Source: a virus
Lineage: Duplodnaviria; Caudoviricetes
Virus record (IMG/VR): IMGVR_UViG_3300031813_000003
Span: 1-64,000 of that record
DNA: 64,000 bases
Direction: 5' to 3' (one strand)
Shown here: piece after piece, positions 20,751 through 31,154 of the stretch
How the letters are laid out: the number at the start of each line of letters is the position of its first letter
Numbering within the stretch: the first letter of the stretch is position 1
Translations under genes and position numbers: made by a program
Notes under the pieces: generated by a model
Seen by the model: only the letters and a program-made list of their open reading frames with translations
Database searches by the model: none
Told to the model about the DNA's origin: nothing

Positions 20751-21401
20751 ATGAAATTAAAATCATTTAGACAACATTTAATAGAAATGGCAGCAGCTAG
20801 GGCTGAAGATCATGGTAAGAAATACTATCATGGATTTCCTTCAGAGAAGTCACTTCAGAGTATTAAAGATACTGGATTACAACCACCAGACCTAGCAGGA
20901 AAGAAAGGTAACCTAACACCTGTAGCTGGTAAAGTATATTGTACACCTGATTTGAGATATGCAATCATATATTGTCTTGGTGCAGCAATGATAGGACAAA
21001 AAATGTCTGATATAGCTATTGGTAGTTTTGGTCAATATGGTTTCCTCGCTGTAATATATGGGAATCAAATGACCGATGTTCAACCTGATGAAGATAGTGT
21101 TGGTGAAATGATTTATGATAGAAAATTTCCTTGGTTGAATAGATTAGCAGATCAATATATTGCAGCTAGTAGTATTAGAAGAATTATGGATGGAGAATAT
21201 AGTTATTGGGCCAAAGCAGGAAAGACATTAATGAAGCGAATGACTGATGCACAGAAACATGAACTCATTGATGCAGGAGCGCATGTTGCTCACGGCGGAG
21301 CATTACAACCAGATGAAATTTGGAAGTTTGATAAGAAACGTAGTCAAGAACTAGAAAAAGATGGATCAAACTTTTTTGATATTGCAGAGAGGATAAAATA
21401 A
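20751..21401 (+). CDS. Putative ADP-ribosyltransferase (H-Y type) with capsid-targeting-like tag
   Basis: YYHG....LQSI...GLQP...VYCTPD..YA; MKLKSFRQHLIE. Confidence 0.6.
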   Translation: MKLKSFRQHLIEMAAARAEDHGKKYYHGFPSEKSLQSIKDTGLQPPDLAGKKGNLTPVAGKVYCTPDLRYAIIYCLGAAMIGQKMSDIAIGSFGQYGFLAVIYGNQMTDVQPDEDSVGEMIYDRKFPWLNRLADQYIAASSIRRIMDGEYSYWAKAGKTLMKRMTDAQKHELIDAGAHVAHGGALQPDEIWKFDKKRSQELEKDGSNFFDIAERIK

Positions 21402-21403
21402 GT

Positions 21404-21499
21404 ATGAAATTAAAATCATTTAGACAAATGTTATCGGAACTTTATCCTGATAATAAAGAATATCAAAAAGCAATTAAGGATTATACAAATGAAGCTTAA
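21404..21499 (+). CDS. 31-aa tag-bearing micro-ORF (not in track)
   Basis: MKLKSFRQMLSELYPDNKEYQKAIKDYTNEA; first 24 nt identical to the start of 20751; GAGGA RBS. Confidence 0.6.
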   Translation: MKLKSFRQMLSELYPDNKEYQKAIKDYTNEA

Positions 21500-22157
21500 A
21501 TCATTCAAACGATTTCTAACAGAAGAAGATGATAAGAATGCAATCAATGCTTTCATTGAAAATACCTTCCAGGGTAATTGGAATAAAACTAAAGCTGATT
21601 TCGGAAACTTTATTGAAAAATATTCTTGTAAAGATGGAAGACCTCTATACAGAATTATATTTTTACTAAAATCAGAAGTTGCACAGTTAACAAGACTATC
21701 TGATTTAAAACAAAAGATAGCAGGAATTCTAACAACAGAGAATCAAGGGCATCCTAGATTTTATACTAAAGCAGATTATCATGATATCCCTGATCAATTA
21801 TCATTCTTAGCTAGTATAGGAGAAAAGATTCATGGGTATACTGATGATAACTCTGAAACATCTTTTATGGGTGTAATCATTTCCAAAGATTCAAATGCAG
21901 ATGATAATGTAGATTTCTCTAATTATGATAAATCAGGTAATAAACAAATACTAGATAGAATTGAAAGAACACAACCAGTACTTTCTGTTAACTCTGAAAC
22001 TGTTAAGATTGTGGCAGGGTTCGAATTTGAACAAAATGGTGGTTGGCAATTGAATGATTTAAATAAAGACCTTGAGGACAATATTGGCAATACACCGGCA
22101 GAAGAACCTGAAGCAGAAACTTCTAATCCTGAAGATCAAGAACAGGTACAAAAATGA
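21489..22157 (+). CDS. Putative internal head protein, possibly ART-like fold
   Basis: MKLKSFKRFLTEE tag; LYRII motif; acidic tail. Confidence 0.55.
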   Translation: MKLKSFKRFLTEEDDKNAINAFIENTFQGNWNKTKADFGNFIEKYSCKDGRPLYRIIFLLKSEVAQLTRLSDLKQKIAGILTTENQGHPRFYTKADYHDIPDQLSFLASIGEKIHGYTDDNSETSFMGVIISKDSNADDNVDFSNYDKSGNKQILDRIERTQPVLSVNSETVKIVAGFEFEQNGGWQLNDLNKDLEDNIGNTPAEEPEAETSNPEDQEQVQK

Positions 22158-22633
22158 AATTAAATGAGTTAACTGATATACCTATAAAAGATCGTTCATA
22201 TAATCCTAGCACTGAAAAAGAGTATGATGATACTAGTAAATTCTACCCTAGTGATTATACTTTGAAACATGGTAAGATTCATGCATCTTCTGATGAAGAA
22301 TTAGACTCAATGATTGAAAAGTTTGAAAAAGATTATATTGATAGAATGGGAATTGTTTATAACTATGGAACAGAGGGTACTGATAAAGTTGCCCATGTAG
22401 TTTTCTATGATAAATCAGTCTCTTCACTTGCTCCTAATGACAAAAAGATGTTACAAAATAAAATAGATGCTTGGGCGAAAGAAAATTCTAAAGAAGAAAA
22501 AGTAGTTATCAATAAAACAAAAGATCGTAGAAGTAATATTGAAAAAGCTTTGGCTACATTATCAGATAAGTCTTTAGATGATCTTGAAAGATATATTACA
22601 GTTTTAAAAACGAGGGACAAGTATGATAAATGA
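22154..22633 (+). CDS. Putative internal head protein (paralog of the next gene)
   Basis: MKLNE; C-terminal DR..NIEKAL..LSDK.L. Confidence 0.55.
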   Translation: MKLNELTDIPIKDRSYNPSTEKEYDDTSKFYPSDYTLKHGKIHASSDEELDSMIEKFEKDYIDRMGIVYNYGTEGTDKVAHVVFYDKSVSSLAPNDKKMLQNKIDAWAKENSKEEKVVINKTKDRRSNIEKALATLSDKSLDDLERYITVLKTRDKYDK

Positions 22634-23186
22634 AGGATTACTTAGGGCAGATAGATATACTAAAAAGATTTACGGTGATACTCCTGAAGAATTAGAGCAG
22701 AAAATATCTGGATATCTAGAGAGGGACAAAAAGTTTAGCCCTAAAGCGTCTGCTGTTATGAAAGATAAAGTAGGTAGATTCTATGTTGATTATTCTTACA
22801 CTAGAAATGATAAAGATCATAGCGAAACTGCTTTCAGTAAAATTGCTAGGGGATTGGGTGCTGCTAAGGAAACTATCACAAAAGGCGCAGATAAGGCTAG
22901 AGCGGTAGTTAAGAAGGTAAGTGATAGTATCCCTAGGCAAGGAACCTTAACAGGGGCTACAGGGTTCATTTTGGGGCAAGATCAAGCAAAGTTTGTTAAA
23001 GCACACCCTGATGTTGTTTTTGGTAGGAAAGAAAGGAACCAAGATGGGACTTGGAGTATCTCTTATTCAGCATTAAAAAATTCTCCTGAAAAGACTACAT
23101 CTCAAGATCGTATAAATAATATACAGAAAGCTCTAACAAAACTTTCTGATGACAAGTTAAAGAAAATTGAAGATTTCATTAAATAA
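22623..23186 (+). CDS. Putative internal head protein
   Basis: MINE; C-terminal DR..NIQKAL..LSDDKL. Confidence 0.55.
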   Translation: MINEGLLRADRYTKKIYGDTPEELEQKISGYLERDKKFSPKASAVMKDKVGRFYVDYSYTRNDKDHSETAFSKIARGLGAAKETITKGADKARAVVKKVSDSIPRQGTLTGATGFILGQDQAKFVKAHPDVVFGRKERNQDGTWSISYSALKNSPEKTTSQDRINNIQKALTKLSDDKLKKIEDFIK

Positions 23187-23201
23187 AGGAGTAACAAAAC
23201 A

Positions 23202-23768
23202 ATGCCAGATTTAAGCTTATCACAATTCAGGGCTAATGTAACAGACTTTGCAAGACCAAATCGTTTTTGGGTATCCATTGGTGATCCAAGCAATGATATC
23301 ACAACAGGAGGAAATGATAATGGTGTAGTAATGACTAATTGGCAACAAAATCATGAATTCCTTGTTAAAAGTACTTCTCTACCTGGACGTACAATTGGAA
23401 ATGTACAATTGAAATGGCAAGGAATGGATTATAATATTGCTGGTGATCCTACATTCGAAGACATTACATTTACTTTCCATAATAACTACGAATTCGATCT
23501 ACGTGAGTTTTTCGAAGGTTGGATGGAATCAATGGCTGAAATGCAAACCAACGAGAGAAGTCAACCTGGGAAATACAAATCAGATGTTGTTACCATGCAA
23601 CAACTAGGTAGAACTCAGAATGATATTCTTGCTACATACAAACTAATTGGTGCATACCCTACTAATGTATCCGCTATTGAACTATCAATGGATAGTTCTG
23701 ACCAAGTAGAAGAAGTTACAGTTACTTTAAAGTTTGACTACTTTGAAGTTTCAATGGCTCCGTCCTAA
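23202..23768 (+). CDS. gp19: Tail tube protein, T4 gp19 family
   Basis: ARPNRF, SLPGRT, GDPTFE, GAYPTNVSAIELS. Confidence 0.85.
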   Translation: MPDLSLSQFRANVTDFARPNRFWVSIGDPSNDITTGGNDNGVVMTNWQQNHEFLVKSTSLPGRTIGNVQLKWQGMDYNIAGDPTFEDITFTFHNNYEFDLREFFEGWMESMAEMQTNERSQPGKYKSDVVTMQQLGRTQNDILATYKLIGAYPTNVSAIELSMDSSDQVEEVTVTLKFDYFEVSMAPS

Positions 23769-23794
23769 CAATAAAATATAAATTTGATGTTATC

Positions 23795-23841
23795 AAGAGT
23801 TGCTCTATAGTTAAAAATAGGGCAACTCTTTTTTATAAATA
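23795..23841 (+). terminator. Terminator plus late promoter TATAAATA (23834)
   Basis: AAGAGTTGCTCTAT...ATAGGGCAACTCTTTTTT. Confidence 0.8.
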
Positions 23842-23875
23842 CTATTGTAAAATATTTCATTAGGAAGGTGACTGT

Positions 23876-24202
23876 ATGAGTGATGAATTCTCTGACATAG
23901 GATCAGTAAAGGCTTTGTTAACTGATGCCAGGGAACGAATTAAAGAATCAGAAGATAGAAGTAAAGATGCTATTGATAGGCTAGACAAAAGACTTGTAGT
24001 TCGTCTGGACGAACAAGAGGATCATATTTCTGCATTGATTCTTGATCTCAATAAATGGACACCTTTATTGACAAATCTACAAAAAGCTGACGAAAACAAA
24101 AAGACCCTAACAATCCTAGTAGTAGCATCCTTCATAACCAATATTGCAACCGTCATTGTAAGCATTTTCATTTGGTTCTTGAAAAGTGGGGCGATTAAAT
24201 AA
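23876..24202 (+). CDS. Coiled-coil protein with C-terminal TM (holin/XhlA-like)
   Basis: Charged coiled coil then one TM helix. Confidence 0.45.
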   Translation: MSDEFSDIGSVKALLTDARERIKESEDRSKDAIDRLDKRLVVRLDEQEDHISALILDLNKWTPLLTNLQKADENKKTLTILVVASFITNIATVIVSIFIWFLKSGAIK

Positions 24203-24221
24203 TGAGTAAGGGAGGATTAAA

Positions 24222-25103
24222 GTGATAAACGAAACAATCAATAATTATATCCAAGGGGATGTACCAACTATCCTAGGTAAAATTGTTAAAGGTGCCTGGA
24301 GTGCATTTTCATGTATCAATGGAAATCCAATATTAGATAATCTAGGAATAAAACTTAGTATTATGCTATTTTTTGCTGTATTTCTCTTAACCATTCTACA
24401 AATGAGAACCAAAATTGTATTTGATAAAAAACACATCGTTGCATTTATAGGTGCTGTCATTTTATTAATAAGAGTAATTACAATGCTCGGATTTGAGTGG
24501 GGATGGCAAATAGGTTTATATGATGATTGGATTCTTCACCTACTATCACCACCACTAGAACACTTTTGGAATTTGCTATTCTTTGGTTGTTTTGGGTATT
24601 ATACTCTTAATGTATATGATTATTATCCAGGTATTCTAAAAAAAATTCTATGGTATATCCCTGTTACTATGTTAGGATTCTTTGTATATTCATCAATTCA
24701 ATGGAAAATATTCTTCTTATCAAATCTGCCTACAATTTCGTCTTATGAAACATGTATGTCAGATTGGCAGAATCATTTGATCATTTCAGTCATTTGCTTA
24801 TATATTATAACAATAGGAATTCTTAGATATAAAAAATATCATTGTTATTTGTCTGCATTTTGGACTGTAACACTCATTGAACATTTTTCTAGGTTCGTTT
24901 GCTCATACAATCAATGGAATACTAATTTTGTAGTGACAATTATGAATTCTTTAGAGACTTGGGCGTTACCTTTGTTGATTCTCCATTTCATTAATGCTTA
25001 TGCTAATAGATTTGAATTTCCAAAAGAAAGAAGATTAATGAATAATAATAAACTTAAATTGATAACTAACTGTGATGATTGTACACCAGTAAAGGGAATA
25101 TAA
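24222..25103 (+). CDS. Polytopic membrane protein (about 7 TM), sensor-domain-like
   Basis: Multiple TM segments, PPLEH motif. Confidence 0.6.
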   Translation: MINETINNYIQGDVPTILGKIVKGAWSAFSCINGNPILDNLGIKLSIMLFFAVFLLTILQMRTKIVFDKKHIVAFIGAVILLIRVITMLGFEWGWQIGLYDDWILHLLSPPLEHFWNLLFFGCFGYYTLNVYDYYPGILKKILWYIPVTMLGFFVYSSIQWKIFFLSNLPTISSYETCMSDWQNHLIISVICLYIITIGILRYKKYHCYLSAFWTVTLIEHFSRFVCSYNQWNTNFVVTIMNSLETWALPLLILHFINAYANRFEFPKERRLMNNNKLKLITNCDDCTPVKGI

Positions 25104-25568
25104 ATGTCAGCTACAAATTTATTTAAAGTAAGTAGTTTTAACTTAAATCTTAAAGATCAAACAAATATAGAACTTGCTACAGTCGATGTTAATATCCCTG
25201 GACTAACATTAGGTGAATTAGTTATATCCCGCCCTGTTATAAGGGATTTAAGAAATGGAGATTCATTGACATATGAAGATTTAGTTGTTACTTGTCTATG
25301 TGATGAAGACTTAATGGCATACTCAGAAGTATATAACTACATAGTAAAATCTGCTGATCCATTAACAGGGAACATAAATGTAACTTACCCTGTATTCGAT
25401 TCAACCTTGTTACTAACTACAAATAAAAATAACATACAACATAAGATTACTTTCTATAACTGTTTCTTTAAAAGTATAGGGGGAATACAAATGACCTCAC
25501 AATCTTCAGCAGAAGAAGAACTCACATTCGCATTAACCCTAGGTTATAGTTACTATATCTTTAGCTAA
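25104..25568 (+). CDS. gp3: Tail completion/sheath stabiliser, T4 gp3 family
   Basis: VNIPGLTLG, GDSLTYEDL.V....DEDL..Y.EVYN. Confidence 0.75.
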   Translation: MSATNLFKVSSFNLNLKDQTNIELATVDVNIPGLTLGELVISRPVIRDLRNGDSLTYEDLVVTCLCDEDLMAYSEVYNYIVKSADPLTGNINVTYPVFDSTLLLTTNKNNIQHKITFYNCFFKSIGGIQMTSQSSAEEELTFALTLGYSYYIFS

Positions 25569-25578
25569 AGGAATATAA

Positions 25579-25941
25579 ATGAAAAAATTAATTTTGTTTT
25601 TAATCGTTATGATATTATCAAGCGTAAACTGTTATGCATTTGATATGACTATATCTACAGAAGTAGATGGTGCTATGGGAAGTACATATGATAACCCTAG
25701 ATATGAACCAGATATTCAACTTAATATAGGGCAAACCTTTGGGATGTATCGTATATATGTAAATGCTGAACGCACAAAAGAAGATTCTCTCTTTCCTAAT
25801 AGTGATAAAAATTATCGTGTTGGTATTGAAAACAACTACTTCTCTTGGATAAAATTTGAAACTGGAATTGCTAGATATAAATCTTCTGGTTTTATATTTG
25901 GTAAAGCTACAGTGAGTTATGATACTAATGAAAGGAAATAA
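25579..25941 (+). CDS. Signal-peptide-bearing beta-strand-rich protein
   Basis: MKKLILFLIV...CYA signal; alternating beta pattern. Confidence 0.6.
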   Translation: MKKLILFLIVMILSSVNCYAFDMTISTEVDGAMGSTYDNPRYEPDIQLNIGQTFGMYRIYVNAERTKEDSLFPNSDKNYRVGIENNYFSWIKFETGIARYKSSGFIFGKATVSYDTNERK

Positions 25942-25944
25942 GAA

Positions 25945-26064
25945 ATGGAATGTAAAATTTGTAATAAAGATTGTAAATCAATTCAAGTTCTGACTAAACA
26001 TATAACTATACATCCTAGTAAATTTTTAAGACTAAATGATACACTAGGAATATCAAATGAATAA
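25945..26064 (+). pseudogene. 39-aa remnant with C2H2 zinc finger (possible decayed homing endonuclease)
   Basis: MECKICNKDCKSIQVLTKHITIH...; AAGGA RBS. Confidence 0.4.
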
Positions 26065-26539
26065 CTCTAGATATCATCAAATAACAGATATATATCCATT
26101 ATTAAAGAATCCACAAAAATATAATGGAACTAGACCGATAACAACTAGAAGCTCTTGGGAAGCATCGTTTATTTTCAAATGGTTAGATGTAAATGATATT
26201 ATTATATCGTGGAAATCTGAATCAACTATCATTAGTTATGTTTCTCCTATCGATAACAAGAAACACAGATACTATATGGATTTTACAATTGTTGCTAAAA
26301 CTCCTTCAGGGCAAACAAAAGAACTATGGATCGAAATAAAACCTTGGCAGCAGACACAATTACCCAAAGAACCTAAAAGAAAAACTAACAGTTATATATA
26401 TCAACTTAGAACGTTTTTAGTAAATCAAGCCAAGTGGGAAACTACACGTAAAATAATAGAAGAAAAAAAGACCCAAGGTAAAAATATTGATTTCGTTGTA
26501 ATCACAGAAAGGGAATGCCCATTCTTTCTAAAAGGTTAA
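26057..26539 (+). CDS. gp4: Head completion nuclease, T4 gp4 family
   Basis: KNPQKY.G..I..RSSWE, W.SE, HRYYMDF, IEIKP, VNQAKW, ITE. Confidence 0.9.
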   Translation: MNNSRYHQITDIYPLLKNPQKYNGTRPITTRSSWEASFIFKWLDVNDIIISWKSESTIISYVSPIDNKKHRYYMDFTIVAKTPSGQTKELWIEIKPWQQTQLPKEPKRKTNSYIYQLRTFLVNQAKWETTRKIIEEKKTQGKNIDFVVITERECPFFLKG

Positions 26540-26542
26540 ACA

Positions 26543-26977
26543 ATGTTCCTATATAATAATATATACTATTATAGATATACACCAGTTACAATTGGAGAGA
26601 TTCATATCTATGATCAGTACCCATTGATGCTGCCATTAGAGATTAGGGGGCAAATTTGTTTGGGTGTAAATTTGCACTGGATTCCTGGGGCATTACGTAG
26701 ACAGTTTATCCAAGTGATTGTTGAAATGAAAAGAAAATGTATCAATGAAAGTTTATTCCATATGTGGTATAGGACTATCAAATATCAACCTCCGCTTCAT
26801 TTTGCATTGTGTGCTATCAGAAAATACTATATGTCACATTGTACCAATATAAGAATTATAAATCAAGATCATTGGGATATGCTTCCTGTTGTATCTGCCT
26901 CTTTATACAAAGCTAGGTATTTACAACGTAGTAAGCATACTCCAACTAGACACATCCTTAGAGACAATAGGAGATAA
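26543..26977 (+). CDS. gp2: DNA end protector, T4 gp2 family
   Basis: YDQYPL, GVNLHWIP..LR, AIRKY. Confidence 0.75.
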   Translation: MFLYNNIYYYRYTPVTIGEIHIYDQYPLMLPLEIRGQICLGVNLHWIPGALRRQFIQVIVEMKRKCINESLFHMWYRTIKYQPPLHFALCAIRKYYMSHCTNIRIINQDHWDMLPVVSASLYKARYLQRSKHTPTRHILRDNRR

Positions 26978-26981
26978 ACGA

Positions 26982-27227
26982 ATGATAGAACGAAAGAAGT
27001 GGGAAGAATTTAAAAATAGCAAACTACTTTGGTGGACTAACAGAATGTTACACACATTTGGTTGGGCAATTGTATTTGAAGAATTAGAGGGCAAAGTAAT
27101 TGATGTATTCCCCGCTAGGGTTAAATTTAGAGGATTTGATGAACAGTCAGAAGAAGCTGGATTTATTGGATTAACTCAATATCTAAAAGATAATGTGGAT
27201 TCACTAGTTGAAGAAACTAAATCATAA
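26982..27227 (+). CDS. Conserved phage hypothetical protein
   Basis: WEEF..S.LLWW.N..LH.FGWAI...FPARVKFRGF; AGGAG RBS. Confidence 0.65.
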   Translation: MIERKKWEEFKNSKLLWWTNRMLHTFGWAIVFEELEGKVIDVFPARVKFRGFDEQSEEAGFIGLTQYLKDNVDSLVEETKS

Positions 27228-27258
27228 ATAAAGAAAAAGAAGTATAAGGATATAACTT

Positions 27259-28947
27259 ATGAATTTAAGAGAAGGTATTAGTAATCTTTGGGAAGAATTG
27301 AATAGAACCTTCTATTCTGATAGGGAAGCTTTCAAAGATAGACATAAGAACTCTTCACAAATCACAAAAGAAGTAGACACAGAAAACCCATATATAACAT
27401 ATGACCCATTTTCAATGTATACAAATAGTTTTGCTTTGGGTGGATCAAACTCAATGCCTGTTAATACAACCGACATGATCCGCAAATGGAGGGACTCTGC
27501 AATTCTACCTGAAGTTGACGAAGCACTAAATGAAATATCTTCTGAAGCTATAGTATTTGATGAAATCGATCCAGTAGTTGATTTAAATATGGATGATATT
27601 GAACTAACAGAAAATATTAAATCAAAGATCAGAGAGTCCTGGGATAAAATTATATATCTATTAGATTTCAACGAAAAGGGTGAAGAACTATTTCGTCAAT
27701 GGTATATAGATTCTGTTCTTAGTTTCGAAGTTGTTTATAATAATAGAAAACCAAAAGATGGTATTCAGAAACTAATTCTACTTCCTCCTTATGATTTAGT
27801 TAAATATAAAAATGAAAGTGATTCAACTATTAGATGGTTCATAAACAAACATCAAACATATAATCCTATCAAAGATTTAGAGAATGCTGAGATAACATAT
27901 TATGATGAACAGATAACACAAATCAATTCAGGGATACTTTCTCCTGATAAGAAATGCTATTATAGTCCAATTCAAAAAGCAATGAAATCTATCAATCAGT
28001 TATATCTACTAGAAGATACTTTGATCATTTATAGAATCACAAGATCAACTGAAAAAAGAATTTTCAAAATTGATACAGGAAATCTTCCTAAAACAAAAGC
28101 TGAAGAATATATGAAAGGGTTGATCAATAAGTATCGTCAGAAAAAAGTTTACAATACTGATACTGGAACGTTGGATAATGCTTCAAAATCAATTTCTGTA
28201 TTAGAAGACTTTTGGTTTCCTACTAACTCTACCACAGGGAAAGGAACTTCAGTTGAAACCCTAGCTGGATCAACTTCTAATTTTGGTGGATTTGATGATA
28301 TTGAATATTTCCTTAACAAAGTATATTCTTCTCTATGTGTCCCTAATAGTAGAAGAAACAAAGAAGATAGAATAACAATTAACCCAACAATTGACATTGA
28401 AAAGGAGGAAATGAAATTCTTTAAATACATTCAGAAACTAAGAAGAAAGTTTAACAATCTGTTTGTAGATTTATTAAAGAAAGATTTAATTTCCAGACAA
28501 GTAATGTCCCTTGATGATTGGAATAAAATTCAGGAAAAGCTTAAATTTAATTATGCTTCTTCAAATGAAATTTCTATGATCAAGAAAGCTCAGATCAATG
28601 AAGTAAAAGTGAATGGTGCAAATGCTGCCCTAGGATTGATTGATACAGGTATTCTTTCTGTTGAATGGATTCAAAAAAATATCCTTAGACTATCAACAGA
28701 AGAAATTGCTGAGATTGCTGAACAAAGAATGGCTTCTGGCGCAAATCAACCTGACGCATTAGGTAATGATCCTGCAGCTGGTGAAGGTGGATCAGGAGGT
28801 GGAGGAGAAGATATCCCAGGATATACCGAAGTTGGAGGCCCTGCACAACCAAACAATCAACCAATTCCGCCTGAACCTGGGACCGAAACACAAGAAGCAC
28901 CAACACCAACTGCAGCAAGTAGTAGATTTCAACAAAGAGTAAAATAA
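27259..28947 (+). CDS. gp20: Portal vertex protein
   Basis: PEVDEA..EI, FRQWYID, NQL..LED...IYRITR..E.RIF.IDTGNLP..KAE.Y, EDFWFP; late promoter at 27223. Confidence 0.95.
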   Translation: MNLREGISNLWEELNRTFYSDREAFKDRHKNSSQITKEVDTENPYITYDPFSMYTNSFALGGSNSMPVNTTDMIRKWRDSAILPEVDEALNEISSEAIVFDEIDPVVDLNMDDIELTENIKSKIRESWDKIIYLLDFNEKGEELFRQWYIDSVLSFEVVYNNRKPKDGIQKLILLPPYDLVKYKNESDSTIRWFINKHQTYNPIKDLENAEITYYDEQITQINSGILSPDKKCYYSPIQKAMKSINQLYLLEDTLIIYRITRSTEKRIFKIDTGNLPKTKAEEYMKGLINKYRQKKVYNTDTGTLDNASKSISVLEDFWFPTNSTTGKGTSVETLAGSTSNFGGFDDIEYFLNKVYSSLCVPNSRRNKEDRITINPTIDIEKEEMKFFKYIQKLRRKFNNLFVDLLKKDLISRQVMSLDDWNKIQEKLKFNYASSNEISMIKKAQINEVKVNGANAALGLIDTGILSVEWIQKNILRLSTEEIAEIAEQRMASGANQPDALGNDPAAGEGGSGGGGEDIPGYTEVGGPAQPNNQPIPPEPGTETQEAPTPTAASSRFQQRVK

Positions 28948-28962
28948 AAAGGAAACTAATAA

Positions 28963-29400
28963 ATGGAAAGAATAGATGCATGTAACAAATTACATTCAAT
29001 TGCTTTTAAGGAATTAGGAGTATCCGCAGTACCTGGGCCTAATTCTAATCCTCGTATTATTGAATATGACAAACATACAACATTAAAAGCAACTTCAGAT
29101 GAAGTTGCTTGGTGTGCTGCTTTTGCAAACTTTGTAACTGACACTGCTGGATACCCAGGAACACACGAAGCAAATGCTCGTTCTTTCCTTAATTGGGGTG
29201 TTTCTATAGATAAGCCTATCCTTGGATGTATTGTGGTCTTAAAACGAGGCTCAGACCCATTACAAGGGCATGTTACTTTCTGTGATCACCCTGATATCTC
29301 TAATGGTATCATAAGGTGTTTAGGTGGAAATCAAAGTAATGAAGTTAAGATTTCTAGATTCTCTGTTTCAGATGTTTTGGGATACAGAAGCCCATGCTAA
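28963..29400 (+). CDS. TIGR02594-family NlpC/CHAP-like peptidoglycan peptidase
   Basis: NPRI.EY, DEVAWCAAF, ARSFL.WG, GHV.F, LGGNQ. Confidence 0.85.
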   Translation: MERIDACNKLHSIAFKELGVSAVPGPNSNPRIIEYDKHTTLKATSDEVAWCAAFANFVTDTAGYPGTHEANARSFLNWGVSIDKPILGCIVVLKRGSDPLQGHVTFCDHPDISNGIIRCLGGNQSNEVKISRFSVSDVLGYRSPC

Positions 29401-29987
29401 GTATTGACTTAAGCCTTAGAAGTACTGGCATGGTTTATAGAAATGGAGACACTATAAAATATAAACTTATAAACCCTCCAAAAGAATATAACGATGAGAG
29501 TTTACTTGTTTATATTAAAACTCATATTTCATTATTCATTCAAGAATGTAAACCTACATTAATAGGGTTAGAAGGATTATCCTTTGGTTCTGTGTCTAGT
29601 TCAAAGGATATTATAGCAGGTAACTTCTGGTGTGTTAGAGAAATGTTATTCACTGACTACCCTAGTATTCTAGTTGAGATTATCCCTGTGCTTACATGGC
29701 GTAGTCCACTCTTTAATAAAGATGAAAGAAAAAAGTTAAAGGAAATTGTATTACAAGTTAAGTTACTAAAGAAAGAAATGGAAACACTTTCTAAAGTAGA
29801 TAAGAAAGCATTAGCACTTGAAAATGAAGAACTCATTAGACTTTCAGATATTAAGTATCAAACTTGGTTGAAAGTCCCTGAACCATATAAGACTGAATTT
29901 GAAACTTATGGAGGGAGTAAGGGTAAGTTTGATCTATCTGACGCATACTTCATTTGTGAATATTTAGATAGTCTTTATGAAAATTAA
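29394..29987 (+). CDS. RuvC-like Holliday junction resolvase
   Basis: SIDLSL.STG, LEGLSFG, DLSDAY. Confidence 0.75.
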   Translation: MLSIDLSLRSTGMVYRNGDTIKYKLINPPKEYNDESLLVYIKTHISLFIQECKPTLIGLEGLSFGSVSSSKDIIAGNFWCVREMLFTDYPSILVEIIPVLTWRSPLFNKDERKKLKEIVLQVKLLKKEMETLSKVDKKALALENEELIRLSDIKYQTWLKVPEPYKTEFETYGGSKGKFDLSDAYFICEYLDSLYEN

Positions 29988-30124
29988 TAAATAAAGGAAT
30001 AAAGCTATGGGAGTATATCTTTGTAAATCATGCGGTTCTTCATGGAACGCTAAAAACTATGTCACTTGCCCATTTTGTGGAAGTATCCACGTTGAGGGCT
30101 AAACTTTAAAAAGGAAACCAAATT

Positions 30125-30277
30125 ATGTTAGATGCAAGTTTTTTGACCCAGGTAGCAAAGAAAGAATATAAAGCAGTTGAGAAAATTATTAACAAAGAAG
30201 TAGAACAAAAGATGAAAACTCATCTTGCAGGATTTACTGAATATATAGAAAAGACTGCTTTTTCTAAAGAGGTATAA
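30125..30277 (+). CDS. Small protein, possible prohead core (gp67/68 position; not in track)
   Basis: AAGGA RBS; 50-aa charged helix between portal and protease. Confidence 0.4.
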   Translation: MLDASFLTQVAKKEYKAVEKIINKEVEQKMKTHLAGFTEYIEKTAFSKEV

Positions 30278-30464
30278 TAAAATGGCAGCTGGAAATATAA
30301 CAAAATTAGAGAATGTAAATACTACATTAACTACAATAGCATCATCTGCTACTGGTAGTATAGGTACTATTATATTTGATAGTTCTTATCTTTATGTTTG
30401 TATAGGGACTAATAGTTGGAAAAGAATACCATTATCATCTTTTTAAAATATAAGGAGCAACAAC

Positions 30465-31154
30465 ATGGAATCAAACATATTAATTGAAGAAGTAGATTTT
30501 TCTTCAATTGAAACACACATCATCGAAGAGGAAAGCCTAGAAGAAGGTAAAGCTCCTACTAGAAGTATCTACATCACAGGGCCAATGGTTGTGGCGGAAG
30601 CTATGAATGGAAATAAGAGGATTTATCCACGCCCTGTAATTGAAGGTCAAGTTAACAAATACCAAGATATTATCAAAGATAGAAGGTCTGTTGGTGAATG
30701 TGAGCATCCTACTTCTTCTTCAATTAATATGGAACGTATCTCTCATCTTGTAACAGAACTAAAGATGGATGGTAATGTTGCTATTGGTAAAGCTAAAGTT
30801 CTTGAAAAAATGCCTTTAGGTAATGTTCTAAAGAACCTTATTGAATCTGGTGTTAAGGTTGGTGTTAGTACTAGGGGAACAGGTTCTCTTAAAAATGGTA
30901 TAGTACAGAATGATTATAATATGATTTGTATTGATACTGTATTTAATCCTAGTGGCCCTGGATGTTTTATGCAATCTATTACTGAAGGGAAAGAATGGAT
31001 TCTTGAAAATGGAGTTCTTACTGAACAGGAAATTAAAGCAGTAAAAGAAGAAATGGATGAGATAGTAATAGTTAATCCTTTTTCAATTCAAGATAGGCAA
31101 GCGGCATTTATGAAGTTATTTCAAGATACTTTAACTAAAATATCTAAGAGATAA
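30465..31154 (+). CDS. gp21: Prohead protease
   Basis: NGNKRIYP, GECEHP, ISH, GKAKVL, GVSTRGTGS, D.V.NPS. Confidence 0.95.
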   Translation: MESNILIEEVDFSSIETHIIEEESLEEGKAPTRSIYITGPMVVAEAMNGNKRIYPRPVIEGQVNKYQDIIKDRRSVGECEHPTSSSINMERISHLVTELKMDGNVAIGKAKVLEKMPLGNVLKNLIESGVKVGVSTRGTGSLKNGIVQNDYNMICIDTVFNPSGPGCFMQSITEGKEWILENGVLTEQEIKAVKEEMDEIVIVNPFSIQDRQAAFMKLFQDTLTKISKR

